Below are positions 19,699-28,991 of a stretch of DNA of 64,000 bases, piece after piece. The position numbers and the translations under genes are program-made. This stretch comes from an uncultured Methylophilaceae bacterium. GTDB lineage: Bacteria; Pseudomonadota; Gammaproteobacteria; Burkholderiales; Methylophilaceae. The stretch is from assembly GCA_964484105.1 (NCBI GenBank), contig CAZAEN010000007.1, forward strand, positions 99,599 through 163,598. Reading direction: 5' to 3'. How positions within the stretch are numbered: position 1 is the stretch's first letter; each line of letters opens with the position of its first letter. The notes beneath the pieces were generated by a model, which saw only the letters and a program-made list of their open reading frames with translations, made no database searches and was not told the origin of the DNA.

Positions 19699-20247
19699 TT
19701 AAGTCAGTTGCGTTTTCGTGGTAATTTTTGCCCATTCAAAAAAAGGCCCAGGGTCGGTTTTTCGATTTGGCGCTATGTCTGAATGGCCTGTAATTGCTTG
19801 AATCGGGTATGTTTTTTTCAAGCTGTCAATTAACGTATTTAGCGTTAAATATTGCGCTTCCTCAAATGCTTCAACATCCGACCCTTCTAATTCGATCCCA
19901 ATTGAAAAATCATTGCAACGCTCGCGGCCTTGCCAGTTGGAAAGACCGGCATGCCAAGCTCGAAGTAGACAAGAAACGAACTGAATGAGTTCGCCATCGC
20001 GTCGAATTAAAAAATGTGCTGACACCTTTTGCGTGTAGATTTGTGCATAGTAAGGATGTTCATCAGGGTTTAGGCAATTGGTAAAAAGCGAAATGATGCC
20101 ATTGCCGCCAAATTGGTAGGGCGGCAAGCTGATGTTATGGATCACAATCAAGCTGATTTCTGGATTGGGGCGGGCATCAACATTAGGTGAGGGAATTTGT
20201 TTTGCTTGATCAACAAAACCTAGAGAGTCTAAAAAAAAGATGGGCAT
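19699..20247 (-). CDS. ampD: 1,6-anhydro-N-acetylmuramyl-L-alanine amidase
   Basis: IHNISLPP, VSAHFLIRRDG, RAWHAG, CNDFSIGIELEG, GHSDIAPNRKTDPG. Confidence 0.95.
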   Translation of the reverse strand: MPIFFLDSLGFVDQAKQIPSPNVDARPNPEISLIVIHNISLPPYQFGGNGIISLFTNCLNPDEHPYYAQIYTQKVSAHFLIRRDGELIQFVSCLLRAWHAGLSNWQGRERCNDFSIGIELEGSDVEAFEEAQYLTLNTLIDSLKKTYPIQAITGHSDIAPNRKTDPGPFFEWAKITTKTQLT

Positions 20248-20349
20248 GTAAGAGGATTTTGATCAAGCGGTGAGTTTAGTGGAATAATCCTATAAAATAA
20301 CATTCTTCAGGTGGATTGCTTTTACGCATCCCATTCCAAGGAAATTTTT

Positions 20350-21351
20350 ATGGTCTTCTTACAACTTTTTTTCATGTTGATTGTTATTCTAATTGCCGCC
20401 GAGGTTTTTACCAATGCCTTGGAGCATCTTGGTGAAAAGATAGGTATTTCCGAAGGGGTGACTGGCTCTTTATTTGCAGCAGTCGGCACGGCGTTACCAG
20501 AAACTTCAGTGCCATTGTTAGCATTGCTGGCAGGTACGCAAAATATAGCGACCAATCATGAAATTGGGGTAGGAGCAATTTTAGGTGCACCGCTGATGCT
20601 AGCGACACTGTCACTCTCATTGATGGCGATTTCCGTGTGGAAACGTCGCGGATCAGAAGGCCATTTGCGCCCAGAGCGCACTGGTTTGATTCGTGATTTA
20701 AACTTTTTTATCTTTGCCTTCACTTTTGCCACTGTCGCGATGTTCGTACCACATACCATGCCGGCAGTGCGTTATGCCATCGGTTTTTGCATGGTCATGA
20801 TTTACTTTGTGTATGTCATGATGACTTTACGTGCATCCAAAGCGTTGGTGGAAGACGGCCATGCGACCGAGGCCGATAGTGATATGTTTTTATGCAAAAT
20901 CGGTTTGCCAAATAAGATGCCGGTCATTGTTGCGCAACTTTTATTGGGCTTAGGATTGCTCATCGCTGGTGCGAAAGGCTTTATCAACGGTGTAGAGGAA
21001 GCGGCCCAAATTTTAGGCATCTCTACGCTGTTGCTTTCGTTGTTGATTATCCCGATCGCCACCGAGCTGCCAGAAAAGGTGAACAGTATCTTGTGGATTC
21101 GTAAAGGCAAAGACACGCTCGCGTTTGGCAATATCACGGGCGCGATGGTGTTTCAGGGGACATTGCTTCCAGCCATCGGTATTATGCTCACCCCATGGGA
21201 GCCGCGTAAGGAAGTATTGTTCGGTTTGGTGATCACCATGATTGCCGCTGTATGGATGCGCTTTTTAGCCGGAAAACAAGGCTTACGTGTATGGCATTTA
21301 GGTGTGAATGGTTTGCTCTACGTGACTTATTTGGCGATTGTGCTTAACTAA
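20350..21351 (+). CDS. Sodium:calcium antiporter family protein
   Basis: Two alpha-repeats, AVGTALPE and PIATELPEK; start taken at ATG 20350. Confidence 0.85.
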   Translation: MVFLQLFFMLIVILIAAEVFTNALEHLGEKIGISEGVTGSLFAAVGTALPETSVPLLALLAGTQNIATNHEIGVGAILGAPLMLATLSLSLMAISVWKRRGSEGHLRPERTGLIRDLNFFIFAFTFATVAMFVPHTMPAVRYAIGFCMVMIYFVYVMMTLRASKALVEDGHATEADSDMFLCKIGLPNKMPVIVAQLLLGLGLLIAGAKGFINGVEEAAQILGISTLLLSLLIIPIATELPEKVNSILWIRKGKDTLAFGNITGAMVFQGTLLPAIGIMLTPWEPRKEVLFGLVITMIAAVWMRFLAGKQGLRVWHLGVNGLLYVTYLAIVLN

Positions 21352-22730
21352 CCTTCATCAAAATCCTCGTCTTTGGAAAGACCAAGCTTGGCCAAACGAT
21401 AGCGTAGCGTTCTAAAGCTCACGCCTAAGAGTTTTGCTGCAGCTGTTTTGTTTTGCTTGGTTTTTTCTAATGCGTCCAAAATTGCGCGTTTTTCAATATC
21501 TTCCAAAAGATCGGGCAATGAAATATCTTGCCCAGCAGTTGCGCGATACTCAGGCGTTTTTTCAAGTGCTTGTATCGGCGCTGCTTGGCTTTCAAGAATC
21601 AAATCTTCCACGGTAATGGTTTGGCCGTCACACAAAGCCAACGCGCGTTCTAACAAATTTTCTAATTCTCTCACGTTGCCGGGGAAGGCATATAGCTGCA
21701 TTTGCTGCATGGTTGCGGCATCAATGGTTGGCATATCCATTTGCATATTTCCACACAACTTTTTTAAGAGGCTTTGTGCGAGTTGTGGAATATCGCCGGT
21801 GCGTTCTTTGAGCGCAGGCATTTTGAGCTGAATCACATTCAACCGATAATACAAATCTTGCCGAAAAAGACCTGCATCCATCAGGTCAGACAAATTTTTA
21901 TGTGTTGCGCTGATGATACGTACATCAATCGCTTCTTCAGTCGTGCCGCCGACCATGCGTACTTTTTTCTCTTGTATCGCACGCAGTAATTTCACCTGCA
22001 TAGGGAGAGGCAAATCAGCAACTTCATCCAAAAATAAGGTGCCACGATTAGCCGCTTGAAAGAGGCCGATTTTATCTTGTGCGGCGCCGGTAAATGCCCC
22101 TTTTTTATAGCCAAAAAATTCGCTTTCCATCAAATTTTCCGGTATCGCACCGCAGTTCACTGCAATAAATGGTCCTTCGGCGCGACTACTATTTTGGTGG
22201 ATCAGTTTGGCCGCTAACTCTTTGCCACTGCCGGATTCGCCACTGATGTATACCGGCGCTTGGCTACGTGCCAATTTTTGAATCATATTGCGCACGGATT
22301 GAATCGCCTCAGAATCACCAATCATTTCCAGCGTATTGCCCGTTTGTGGCGCGGGTGTGCTGAGCTTGAGTGCGAATTCGATCACTGGCCGCAATTGTTT
22401 TAAAGAAAGCGGTTTGGATAAATAATCAAATGCACCAGCTTTTAAAGCAGAAACGGCATTATCAGCACTGGCGTGTGCTGTGATGACGGCCACTGGCAAG
22501 CCAGCGTGGTGTTCGTTAATGTGCTGTACCAAATCCAACCCTGTGCCGTCTGGCATTTGCATATCAGTGAGGCACAGTGAAAATTTTTGCTGACTGAGCA
22601 AATTTTTGGCCTCTTCCACATTCGCCGCGCTAAAGGTTGCCACATCCATGCGGTCGAGCGTCATGGTGAGGAGTTCACGAATGTCGGTTTCGTCGTCCAC
22701 AATCAGGCAGCTTGGTTTTTCTTGGGTCAT
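21348..22730 (-). CDS. pilR: Sigma-54-dependent response regulator, PilR-like
   Basis: Receiver, AAA+ (GESGSGKE, GAFTGA, LFLDEVAD), Fis-type HTH; paired with a PilS-like kinase. Confidence 0.82.
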   Translation of the reverse strand: MTQEKPSCLIVDDETDIRELLTMTLDRMDVATFSAANVEEAKNLLSQQKFSLCLTDMQMPDGTGLDLVQHINEHHAGLPVAVITAHASADNAVSALKAGAFDYLSKPLSLKQLRPVIEFALKLSTPAPQTGNTLEMIGDSEAIQSVRNMIQKLARSQAPVYISGESGSGKELAAKLIHQNSSRAEGPFIAVNCGAIPENLMESEFFGYKKGAFTGAAQDKIGLFQAANRGTLFLDEVADLPLPMQVKLLRAIQEKKVRMVGGTTEEAIDVRIISATHKNLSDLMDAGLFRQDLYYRLNVIQLKMPALKERTGDIPQLAQSLLKKLCGNMQMDMPTIDAATMQQMQLYAFPGNVRELENLLERALALCDGQTITVEDLILESQAAPIQALEKTPEYRATAGQDISLPDLLEDIEKRAILDALEKTKQNKTAAAKLLGVSFRTLRYRLAKLGLSKDEDFDEG

Positions 22731-22752
22731 GATGCGAGTAGCAGTCTGTTTT

Positions 22753-24345
22753 TTACGAAAGTGGAATGATTAAGCTAAATGCACAGCCTGAGGGTGACGG
22801 CTGATGCAATAACTGGGCGCCGTTAGCTTCGGCTAGCTCACGCGAAATATAAAGCCCAAGCCCGCTACCGGTGGTTTTTGTCGTGTAAAACGGTTCAAAT
22901 AATTTTCCTTGTTGCGCCTCTGTCACGCCCGCACCATCATCGCTCACTTCAATATGTAGACGGTGTGGCTGCTTTTGGGAAAGTTGAATTGACAAGCTGC
23001 CCGATTGTTTTTGGCCATGCTCCCAGCCGTTTTTGCATAAATTCCATAAAATTTGCGTTAGGTGGCGTTGGTCAAACAAAATGGTGGCATGGGTTTGCAT
23101 TAAATTGATGTTAAAAAATTTAGGGGTAATTTTTTCTACAGCGCAAAATTGGGTGTAAAAATCGAGCATAAATTTATTGAGCTCAATCGGCTCTTGGTGC
23201 GTACGGTCACGACGGTTTAACTCCAAAACATCTTTAATAATTTTGTCGATGCGATGAATATTGTCCTCAATAATTTGCAAAATCCGACTAAATCCTGAAA
23301 GCGCAGGTTCTTCTTGCAATAACTGATTCGCATGACTGATTGCGCTCAATGGGTTTCTCACTTCATGGGCAATATTGGCGGTAAGTCGCCCAAGCGCAGC
23401 CAGCTTGGCCTGTTGCGCTTTTGATTGAAGTTGACTCCAATCTTGAATCAAGATCACTGCGCCTAGGTGACGTGACGAGGGTGCCTGACTTATCGGGATC
23501 AACCTTATTCTAAGTTCTTGTCCGTGAATTGTTAGATTGAAGTGGCTGTGTTTTTCAGCGTTGTTTAGCCAATTGTGATAAAGCGTTGCGATGTCAGGCA
23601 AATGCACATTTAAGTTCAGCAGTTCAACTTTTGCCAAAAACAATAAATTTTCTGCCTGTGCGTTAAAGTGGCGTATTTGAAAAGCCTCATCGATTACTAG
23701 TACGCCGTCTTGAATTTCTTCGGTAATGCGTGCATTAATTTGCGCCATGTTTTCAAGGTCAATGCTGCGTGCGCTGGCAAGTGCCTCACTTTTCTGCATT
23801 CGCAAACCAAGGCTGTGTGCAAGCCAAGCCGTGGCAAAGCAACTTAAGCCTAGCATCACTGGTTGTGTGTAAGCGCTGGTTTCGAGATTAAAAAATAGAA
23901 TGTCGAAAGTATGTTCCAGCAGCAAACCGATGGTGGCGATGGAGGCATAAAACAGCGCGAGCCTACCTTGGCTAATTAAGCTGGCGGTCACGATGACGAT
24001 AATCAATAAAATACCCAAGCCACTACCGATACCACCCGCCACGTGCATCAACAAAATAATAAACACAATGTCGGCAATAATTTGAATCGGAAAGCCAAAC
24101 CGGCTTTCGGCTAGATTGAGCGCGTTCATTACCACGGCGATCGTGCTGAAAATAAAATAACTAATTGAAAGTTTAAAAAACAGTAGTTGATTTTCGTGTG
24201 TGAGCCAGTTTTTTTCATCAATATATAAAATAGCCAAGACAAAAAATAAGCTTATAAGAAAGCGGAACGCACTTAGTAAAAGCGTGGTGCGCTTTTGTAA
24301 CGGCTGCTCACGGTGCCACTGGAAGGTGTTGGCCGCGGAACTCAT
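22753..24345 (-). CDS. pilS: Sensor histidine kinase, PilS-like
   Basis: Six-TM N-terminus, PAS-like region, ANIAHEVRNPL H-box, GLGLYISRELAEANG. Confidence 0.8.
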   Translation of the reverse strand: MSSAANTFQWHREQPLQKRTTLLLSAFRFLISLFFVLAILYIDEKNWLTHENQLLFFKLSISYFIFSTIAVVMNALNLAESRFGFPIQIIADIVFIILLMHVAGGIGSGLGILLIIVIVTASLISQGRLALFYASIATIGLLLEHTFDILFFNLETSAYTQPVMLGLSCFATAWLAHSLGLRMQKSEALASARSIDLENMAQINARITEEIQDGVLVIDEAFQIRHFNAQAENLLFLAKVELLNLNVHLPDIATLYHNWLNNAEKHSHFNLTIHGQELRIRLIPISQAPSSRHLGAVILIQDWSQLQSKAQQAKLAALGRLTANIAHEVRNPLSAISHANQLLQEEPALSGFSRILQIIEDNIHRIDKIIKDVLELNRRDRTHQEPIELNKFMLDFYTQFCAVEKITPKFFNINLMQTHATILFDQRHLTQILWNLCKNGWEHGQKQSGSLSIQLSQKQPHRLHIEVSDDGAGVTEAQQGKLFEPFYTTKTTGSGLGLYISRELAEANGAQLLHQPSPSGCAFSLIIPLS

Positions 24346-24572
24346 GATTGTGGTGGTTTGTGCGCTTCACTACAATAAAATTGGTCATGTACTGTAATGG
24401 CTTCTGAAATTGGCACATGGACGCCGCAGTGGGCGCACTTTACTATTTTTTCATTGGCGGGTGGCGTTTCAGATGTTTTTTGCTGCGGCGATTGCCATTT
24501 GCGTTTAAGCAAATAAATCACTAAAAAAATAAGAATACTTAGAATGAAAAAACGTGACATGGTAATACTCAA
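24342..24572 (-). CDS. PP0621 family small membrane protein
   Basis: TM, then VKCAHCGVHVP..EA....FYCSEAH; usual position upstream of pilS. Confidence 0.8.
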   Translation of the reverse strand: MSITMSRFFILSILIFLVIYLLKRKWQSPQQKTSETPPANEKIVKCAHCGVHVPISEAITVHDQFYCSEAHKPPQS

Positions 24573-24749
24573 GTGAACGCATCAAGGTAAATTGTAACCA
24601 AAGCCTTGGAAGAGTACAAAATATACCTGTTATACTGGCACATATCGCCAATTGAAGAAAATAAAAAACGGAGCAAAGCGAGCGTCACGTGGTGAATACC
24701 GAGTAGTTTTGTGGATTCATCATGGTAATTTCTACTATTATTTCCAATT

Positions 24750-25340
24750 ATGGCAACCAGTAAAGAGCTATCCGATTTTCTAGCCTCGGTAGAGCGCCGC
24801 GCGTTTAGGCAAACTGCCTATGCGGTGCAAGACGACCACGCAGCGCTCGACATTGTGCAAGACGCGATGATGAAATTGGCAGAAAAATATCCTCACCAGC
24901 CGGTTGAAGAGTATCCGATGTTGTTTCAGCGGATATTGCAAAACACGACGCGTGATTATTGGCGCAGGCAAAAAGTGCGTAACCTTTGGACGACTTTGCT
25001 TTCAGCATTTGGTGGTACTGGGGATGATGGTGAAGAGCGTGACCCTTTAGAGACGATAGACGTAGAAGATAACAGCGACGAGCCCTCACACCAGCTTGAG
25101 CGGCAACAGTTGATTCAGCTGATTGGCCAGGCGATAGAAAAGTTGCCAACGCGTCAACGAGAAGCCTTTTTGCTGCGTTACCTAGAGGAGATGGACGTGG
25201 CCGAAACGGCCAAAGTGATGGGTTGCTCCGATGGTAGCGTGAAAACTCACTGTTCACGTGCAAACCATGCGCTGGCGCAAGAGTTACGCCAGCATGGTTT
25301 CGGTCAATCAGGATTATCAGATTATTTCGATGGAAAGTAA
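24750..25340 (+). CDS. ECF RNA polymerase sigma factor
   Basis: ALDIVQDAMMKL (region 2), LPTRQREAFLLRY and GSVKTHCSRA (region 4). Confidence 0.9.
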   Translation: MATSKELSDFLASVERRAFRQTAYAVQDDHAALDIVQDAMMKLAEKYPHQPVEEYPMLFQRILQNTTRDYWRRQKVRNLWTTLLSAFGGTGDDGEERDPLETIDVEDNSDEPSHQLERQQLIQLIGQAIEKLPTRQREAFLLRYLEEMDVAETAKVMGCSDGSVKTHCSRANHALAQELRQHGFGQSGLSDYFDGK

Positions 25341-25351
25341 GGCCCGTAAGA

Positions 25352-25771
25352 TTGGAGGGCAATATGAAGGCAACTGACAAAAATTTAAATCAAACTTCAG
25401 ACGAAGTACTGGCATCGCAAGCGATGGCACTAGTAAAATCTGACGATACGTTAAACGATGAGATCAAACATCGTTTGGCCGAGTCACGCCAACTTGCGGT
25501 GAATCGCTTGGTTGCTATCCAAACAGCACAACCTGCAATGGCAGGCGGACTTTTTTCATGGTTTGATCACACGCTTCATCGGCAATGGCTGCAATACCGC
25601 ACATTAGCAGCAGCGTTTTCAGTGATGTTAGTGACATTTTTCGCTGTGCAACATTTTGGGTTAAGCGATGATTTAGAAAATAGTGATGCTTTCTTGTTGG
25701 CAGCTGAGCTACCACCAGAAGCATTTGCAGATAAGGGTTTTGATACATGGATAGTCGCTGCGCGCAATTAA
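25352..25771 (+). CDS. DUF3619 family single-pass membrane protein (candidate anti-sigma factor)
   Basis: RLAESRQLAV, TM, DAFLLAAELPPEAFADKGFDTW C-terminus. Confidence 0.75.
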   Translation: MEGNMKATDKNLNQTSDEVLASQAMALVKSDDTLNDEIKHRLAESRQLAVNRLVAIQTAQPAMAGGLFSWFDHTLHRQWLQYRTLAAAFSVMLVTFFAVQHFGLSDDLENSDAFLLAAELPPEAFADKGFDTWIVAARN

Positions 25772-26205
25772 AAAAGAGGGTTTCTTGCTTCGTGCTGAGT
25801 GTGTTGTTGATTGGCACGCAAGGCCTCGTGCACGCGGATGAAAAAGAGCTTTCTTGGGCAGAGCTTAATGATGGGCAAAAAAAGGTACTGCAGCCGTTGG
25901 CTTCAGAATGGGATACTTTGCGCCCTTGGCAAAAAGAAAAAATGTTGGACATTGCCAAAGATTATCCAAAAATGCCGAGCGATAAACAATCTCTCGTGCA
26001 AAAGCGCTTGAGTAACTGGAGCCGTATGACGCCTTACGAGCGTGAAAATGCGCGTAAAAAGCATCAGCAATTTAATGCGTTGCCACCAGAGAAAAAAGCA
26101 GCGCTACGTAAAAAATGGTCTGAGTATGAAAGTCTACCTGAATCTGAACGGGCAAGAATTCGTGCGGAATCGCCAGATGTTTACAATGATGCTGAACTCA
26201 ATTAA
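25747..26205 (+). CDS. DUF3106 family periplasmic helical-repeat protein
   Basis: Signal peptide ending VHA-D; six 18-aa repeats beginning WAEL, WDTL, YPKM, WSRM, FNAL, YESL. Confidence 0.8.
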   Translation: MDSRCAQLKKRVSCFVLSVLLIGTQGLVHADEKELSWAELNDGQKKVLQPLASEWDTLRPWQKEKMLDIAKDYPKMPSDKQSLVQKRLSNWSRMTPYERENARKKHQQFNALPPEKKAALRKKWSEYESLPESERARIRAESPDVYNDAELN

Positions 26206-26247
26206 CAAGCTAAAGGATTTGATATAAAAAACGGCCTAACTTCTAGT

Positions 26248-26682
26248 TTGTCGGTAGCATCCCAAGCCCCTAGTTTGATCAAGCTGGGGGCAAGTCTTTT
26301 TTACGAGCTGCTTGTACTGATCGCGCTGGCATTTTTTAGCGTGGGAATTTTTTATCTTGTGCTTGGGGACGCAACCCACGGGGTGAAGCGCTTTTTACTT
26401 CAATTTTTTGTTTGGCTGTTGATTGGTGCTTATTTTGTGCGAAGCTGGGCGGTACGTGGGCAAACGTTGGCGATGCGAAGTTGGAAACTGCGATTGGTTG
26501 ACGCGCAATTGGCAAATGCTTCGCCACAACCGCTCACATGGCGCAAAGCAGTATTGCGCTATGTGCTTAGTAGTTTGAATCTGGCTTTGTTTGGGCTGGG
26601 TTTTTTTTATTGTTTGTTTGATACAGAAAGGCGATTTTTGCAGGATAAATTGCTTGGGATCAAAATTATCAAAGCGATTTAA
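26248..26682 (+). CDS. RDD family membrane protein
   Basis: ASLFYELL, GQTLAMRSWKLRLV, LQDKLLG. Confidence 0.85.
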   Translation: MSVASQAPSLIKLGASLFYELLVLIALAFFSVGIFYLVLGDATHGVKRFLLQFFVWLLIGAYFVRSWAVRGQTLAMRSWKLRLVDAQLANASPQPLTWRKAVLRYVLSSLNLALFGLGFFYCLFDTERRFLQDKLLGIKIIKAI

Positions 26683-26685
26683 AAT

Positions 26686-27756
26686 CTAGTTTCTTTGCAC
26701 TGAAAGGAGCATCCCAATCCCTACGATCAAAAACAATATCGTTGGTGTAATCGCGCTGAAGAGTGGCGGCCAATCGTTGAGTAATCCTAAGTGTACAAAT
26801 ACGCGATTGAGAATTTGGTAAGTGACGCCCAGCATCATGCCAAAAAAGATTTTGGTGCTGATGCCGGTATCGCGCTGTTGCATAAAACTAAATGGAAGCG
26901 CCAATATCACCATCACCAAGCAGGCCAGCGGATAGACCATTTTTGCCCAAATGGCAATTTCATAACGCGTGGTTTTTTGTTTGTTAATGGTTAAATGTTG
27001 GATGTAAGAATATAAATTCCACGCAGACATTTTTTCCGGCAATACCAGCAAAATATTTAATAGTTCCGGGCGAATCAGTGAATGCCAAGTGGCGTTAGGT
27101 AACTCCTGTACACGAACTTTCTCATCACTAAAAAAAGTTTTGGTCACTTCTTTTAATTGCCAATCGTCGTCTTCAAAGCGCGCACTTTTTGCATTGCTGG
27201 TTTGTACTAAGCGGCTTTTTTCATCAAATTCATAAATGTGAATATTTAGCAATGTGGAATCTGGCAATACGCTTTCAACATTGACAAAATTTCGCCCGTC
27301 CTTTACCCAAAGCCCTGAGCGAAAATCTTGCGCAACAACGGAGTCGGTTTCTTTAATGCGCATGCGTTGCGCCATTTTTTCGCTGATGGGAGTAATGAGC
27401 TCACCCACCAAAAAAGTAAGTAACGTAAAAAGTAGCCCAACGCGCAGCAGCAGTATGGTCATTTTAGCAATCGAAATGCCGGAGACGCGGAAAATCACCA
27501 GCTCAGAATGTCGTGCAAGTTGACCCAAGCACAGCATGCAGCCGACCAGTACGGCGACCGGCATTACGTCGTATACATGGCCTGGCATGCTGAGCACGAC
27601 GAACAAAATAATTTTGCCAAAGGTGTAAGTACCTTTGCCCAAATTATCCAACTCTTGCAGTAAATCAAAAAACGACAACATGGCGATCAAGGCCACCATG
27701 ATGAGAATGACGTTTACTGTGACTTCTTTGAGAAGGTAGTTGGACAGAATCTTCAT
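26686..27756 (-). CDS. lptG: LPS export ABC transporter permease LptG
   Basis: LARHSELVIFRVSGIS, GLWVKDG; follows lptF. Confidence 0.9.
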   Translation of the reverse strand: MKILSNYLLKEVTVNVILIMVALIAMLSFFDLLQELDNLGKGTYTFGKIILFVVLSMPGHVYDVMPVAVLVGCMLCLGQLARHSELVIFRVSGISIAKMTILLLRVGLLFTLLTFLVGELITPISEKMAQRMRIKETDSVVAQDFRSGLWVKDGRNFVNVESVLPDSTLLNIHIYEFDEKSRLVQTSNAKSARFEDDDWQLKEVTKTFFSDEKVRVQELPNATWHSLIRPELLNILLVLPEKMSAWNLYSYIQHLTINKQKTTRYEIAIWAKMVYPLACLVMVILALPFSFMQQRDTGISTKIFFGMMLGVTYQILNRVFVHLGLLNDWPPLFSAITPTILFLIVGIGMLLSVQRN

Positions 27757-28901
27757 TATTTTTGCTTATTTACAGGCACAGTGCTGGCGACTTTTTTTGG
27801 TTTGATTTTTTGGCTGAAGCTAGCAAAAACATCGGGGAACAGCGGTAATTGGCGGTTAACCCGATTAAACATATAAACAGCGAGTGCAAAAAATAATAGA
27901 TGCACCGGCCATAAACCGATCAGCGGGCTGATTCTTTCCTGTGCGACCCATGCCTGCAAGATGCTAATCAAGTTGCTGTAAATCACGTAAAGAATAATGG
28001 CCAAAATAAAGTTAGCAGATTTGCCTGCGCGTGGATCCAGCGTACTGAGTGGAATCGCCAAAAACGCGAGAATCATTGCGGAAATTGGCATGGCGATACG
28101 CCACTGTAACTCTGCCATGTGGGTACTATTATTTTCTTTGAGTAATTCTAAACTGGATTTAGATTGTGCTGAGGGTGGTTTGGCAATCACTTCGTTTGGT
28201 TCAATGCGGATAGCATAACGCTCAAATTCTGTGATCGAGTATTCTGTGCTGCCGGGCATGCCTTGGTAACGTCGCCCATGATGCATGACCAAAAAGTTGT
28301 CGCTATTTTTCGCTTTATAACGACTCCCCTCTGCTGCGACAATGACGCCGACCTTTTGGTGCTGTAGCGCTTGCACAAAAATATTCTTCACGACATTGCC
28401 TAGCTCGTCAAAACTTTCAATAAAAAATACGCGTTCCGCGTGAGATGCCTCTTTAAATACGCCGGGGCTAATCGCAGCCAGTTCATCGCGACTTTCCAGC
28501 TGAATGCGGTAGGCATCAATTTTTTGGTTGGCCCAAGGCGTCACCCACAAACTTAAAATTAAAATTACCACTAAAATAGGCCCGCAGAAGGCAAAAATCG
28601 GTCGGACAAAATTCTTCAAACTTAAGCCTGAGCTCAGCCAAATAATCATTTCAGAGTCGCGATACCAGCGTGAGAGTGTCATTAAAATGGACAGAAAAAT
28701 ACTGACCGAAAGTAACATCGGCAAAAAGCGAATCATTGTGAAGCCCAAAATGACTGCAATCGCATCGTTTGGCAATGCGCCTTTAGCAGCAAGCTTAATG
28801 AGATAGCCCGTGCGCTGCGCGATCACGATGCCGAACAGGATCAAAAAAGCGCCAGTTGCAGTTGCGATGAGTTCTTGAGAAAGAGAGCGCCTAAAGAGCA
28901 T
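27756..28901 (-). CDS. lptF: LPS export ABC transporter permease LptF
   Basis: RWYRDSEMIIWLSSG, ISPGVF, AELQWRIAMP; divergent from pepA. Confidence 0.92.
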   Translation of the reverse strand: MLFRRSLSQELIATATGAFLILFGIVIAQRTGYLIKLAAKGALPNDAIAVILGFTMIRFLPMLLSVSIFLSILMTLSRWYRDSEMIIWLSSGLSLKNFVRPIFAFCGPILVVILILSLWVTPWANQKIDAYRIQLESRDELAAISPGVFKEASHAERVFFIESFDELGNVVKNIFVQALQHQKVGVIVAAEGSRYKAKNSDNFLVMHHGRRYQGMPGSTEYSITEFERYAIRIEPNEVIAKPPSAQSKSSLELLKENNSTHMAELQWRIAMPISAMILAFLAIPLSTLDPRAGKSANFILAIILYVIYSNLISILQAWVAQERISPLIGLWPVHLLFFALAVYMFNRVNRQLPLFPDVFASFSQKIKPKKVASTVPVNKQK

Positions 28902-28991
28902 AAAGGGGTGTGAATACTAAATAATTACGGCTTTGCATTAGCGTTAAAACACGCGATAATCGAAAAAATTGATAGAAAGGATATTTAAAGC

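Noticed and set aside
20248-20349. yybP-ykoY-type riboswitch upstream of the cation antiporter
   Set aside because: The short divergent spacer shows no recognisable conserved core or stems
24636-24650. Sigma-54 promoter-like tggcacatatcgcc near pilSR and the ECF operon
   Set aside because: GG-to-GC spacing is 8 nt rather than the required 10
24805-25380. 191-aa antisense ORF over the ECF sigma gene
   Set aside because: Fully overlaps a well-supported gene; no motifs
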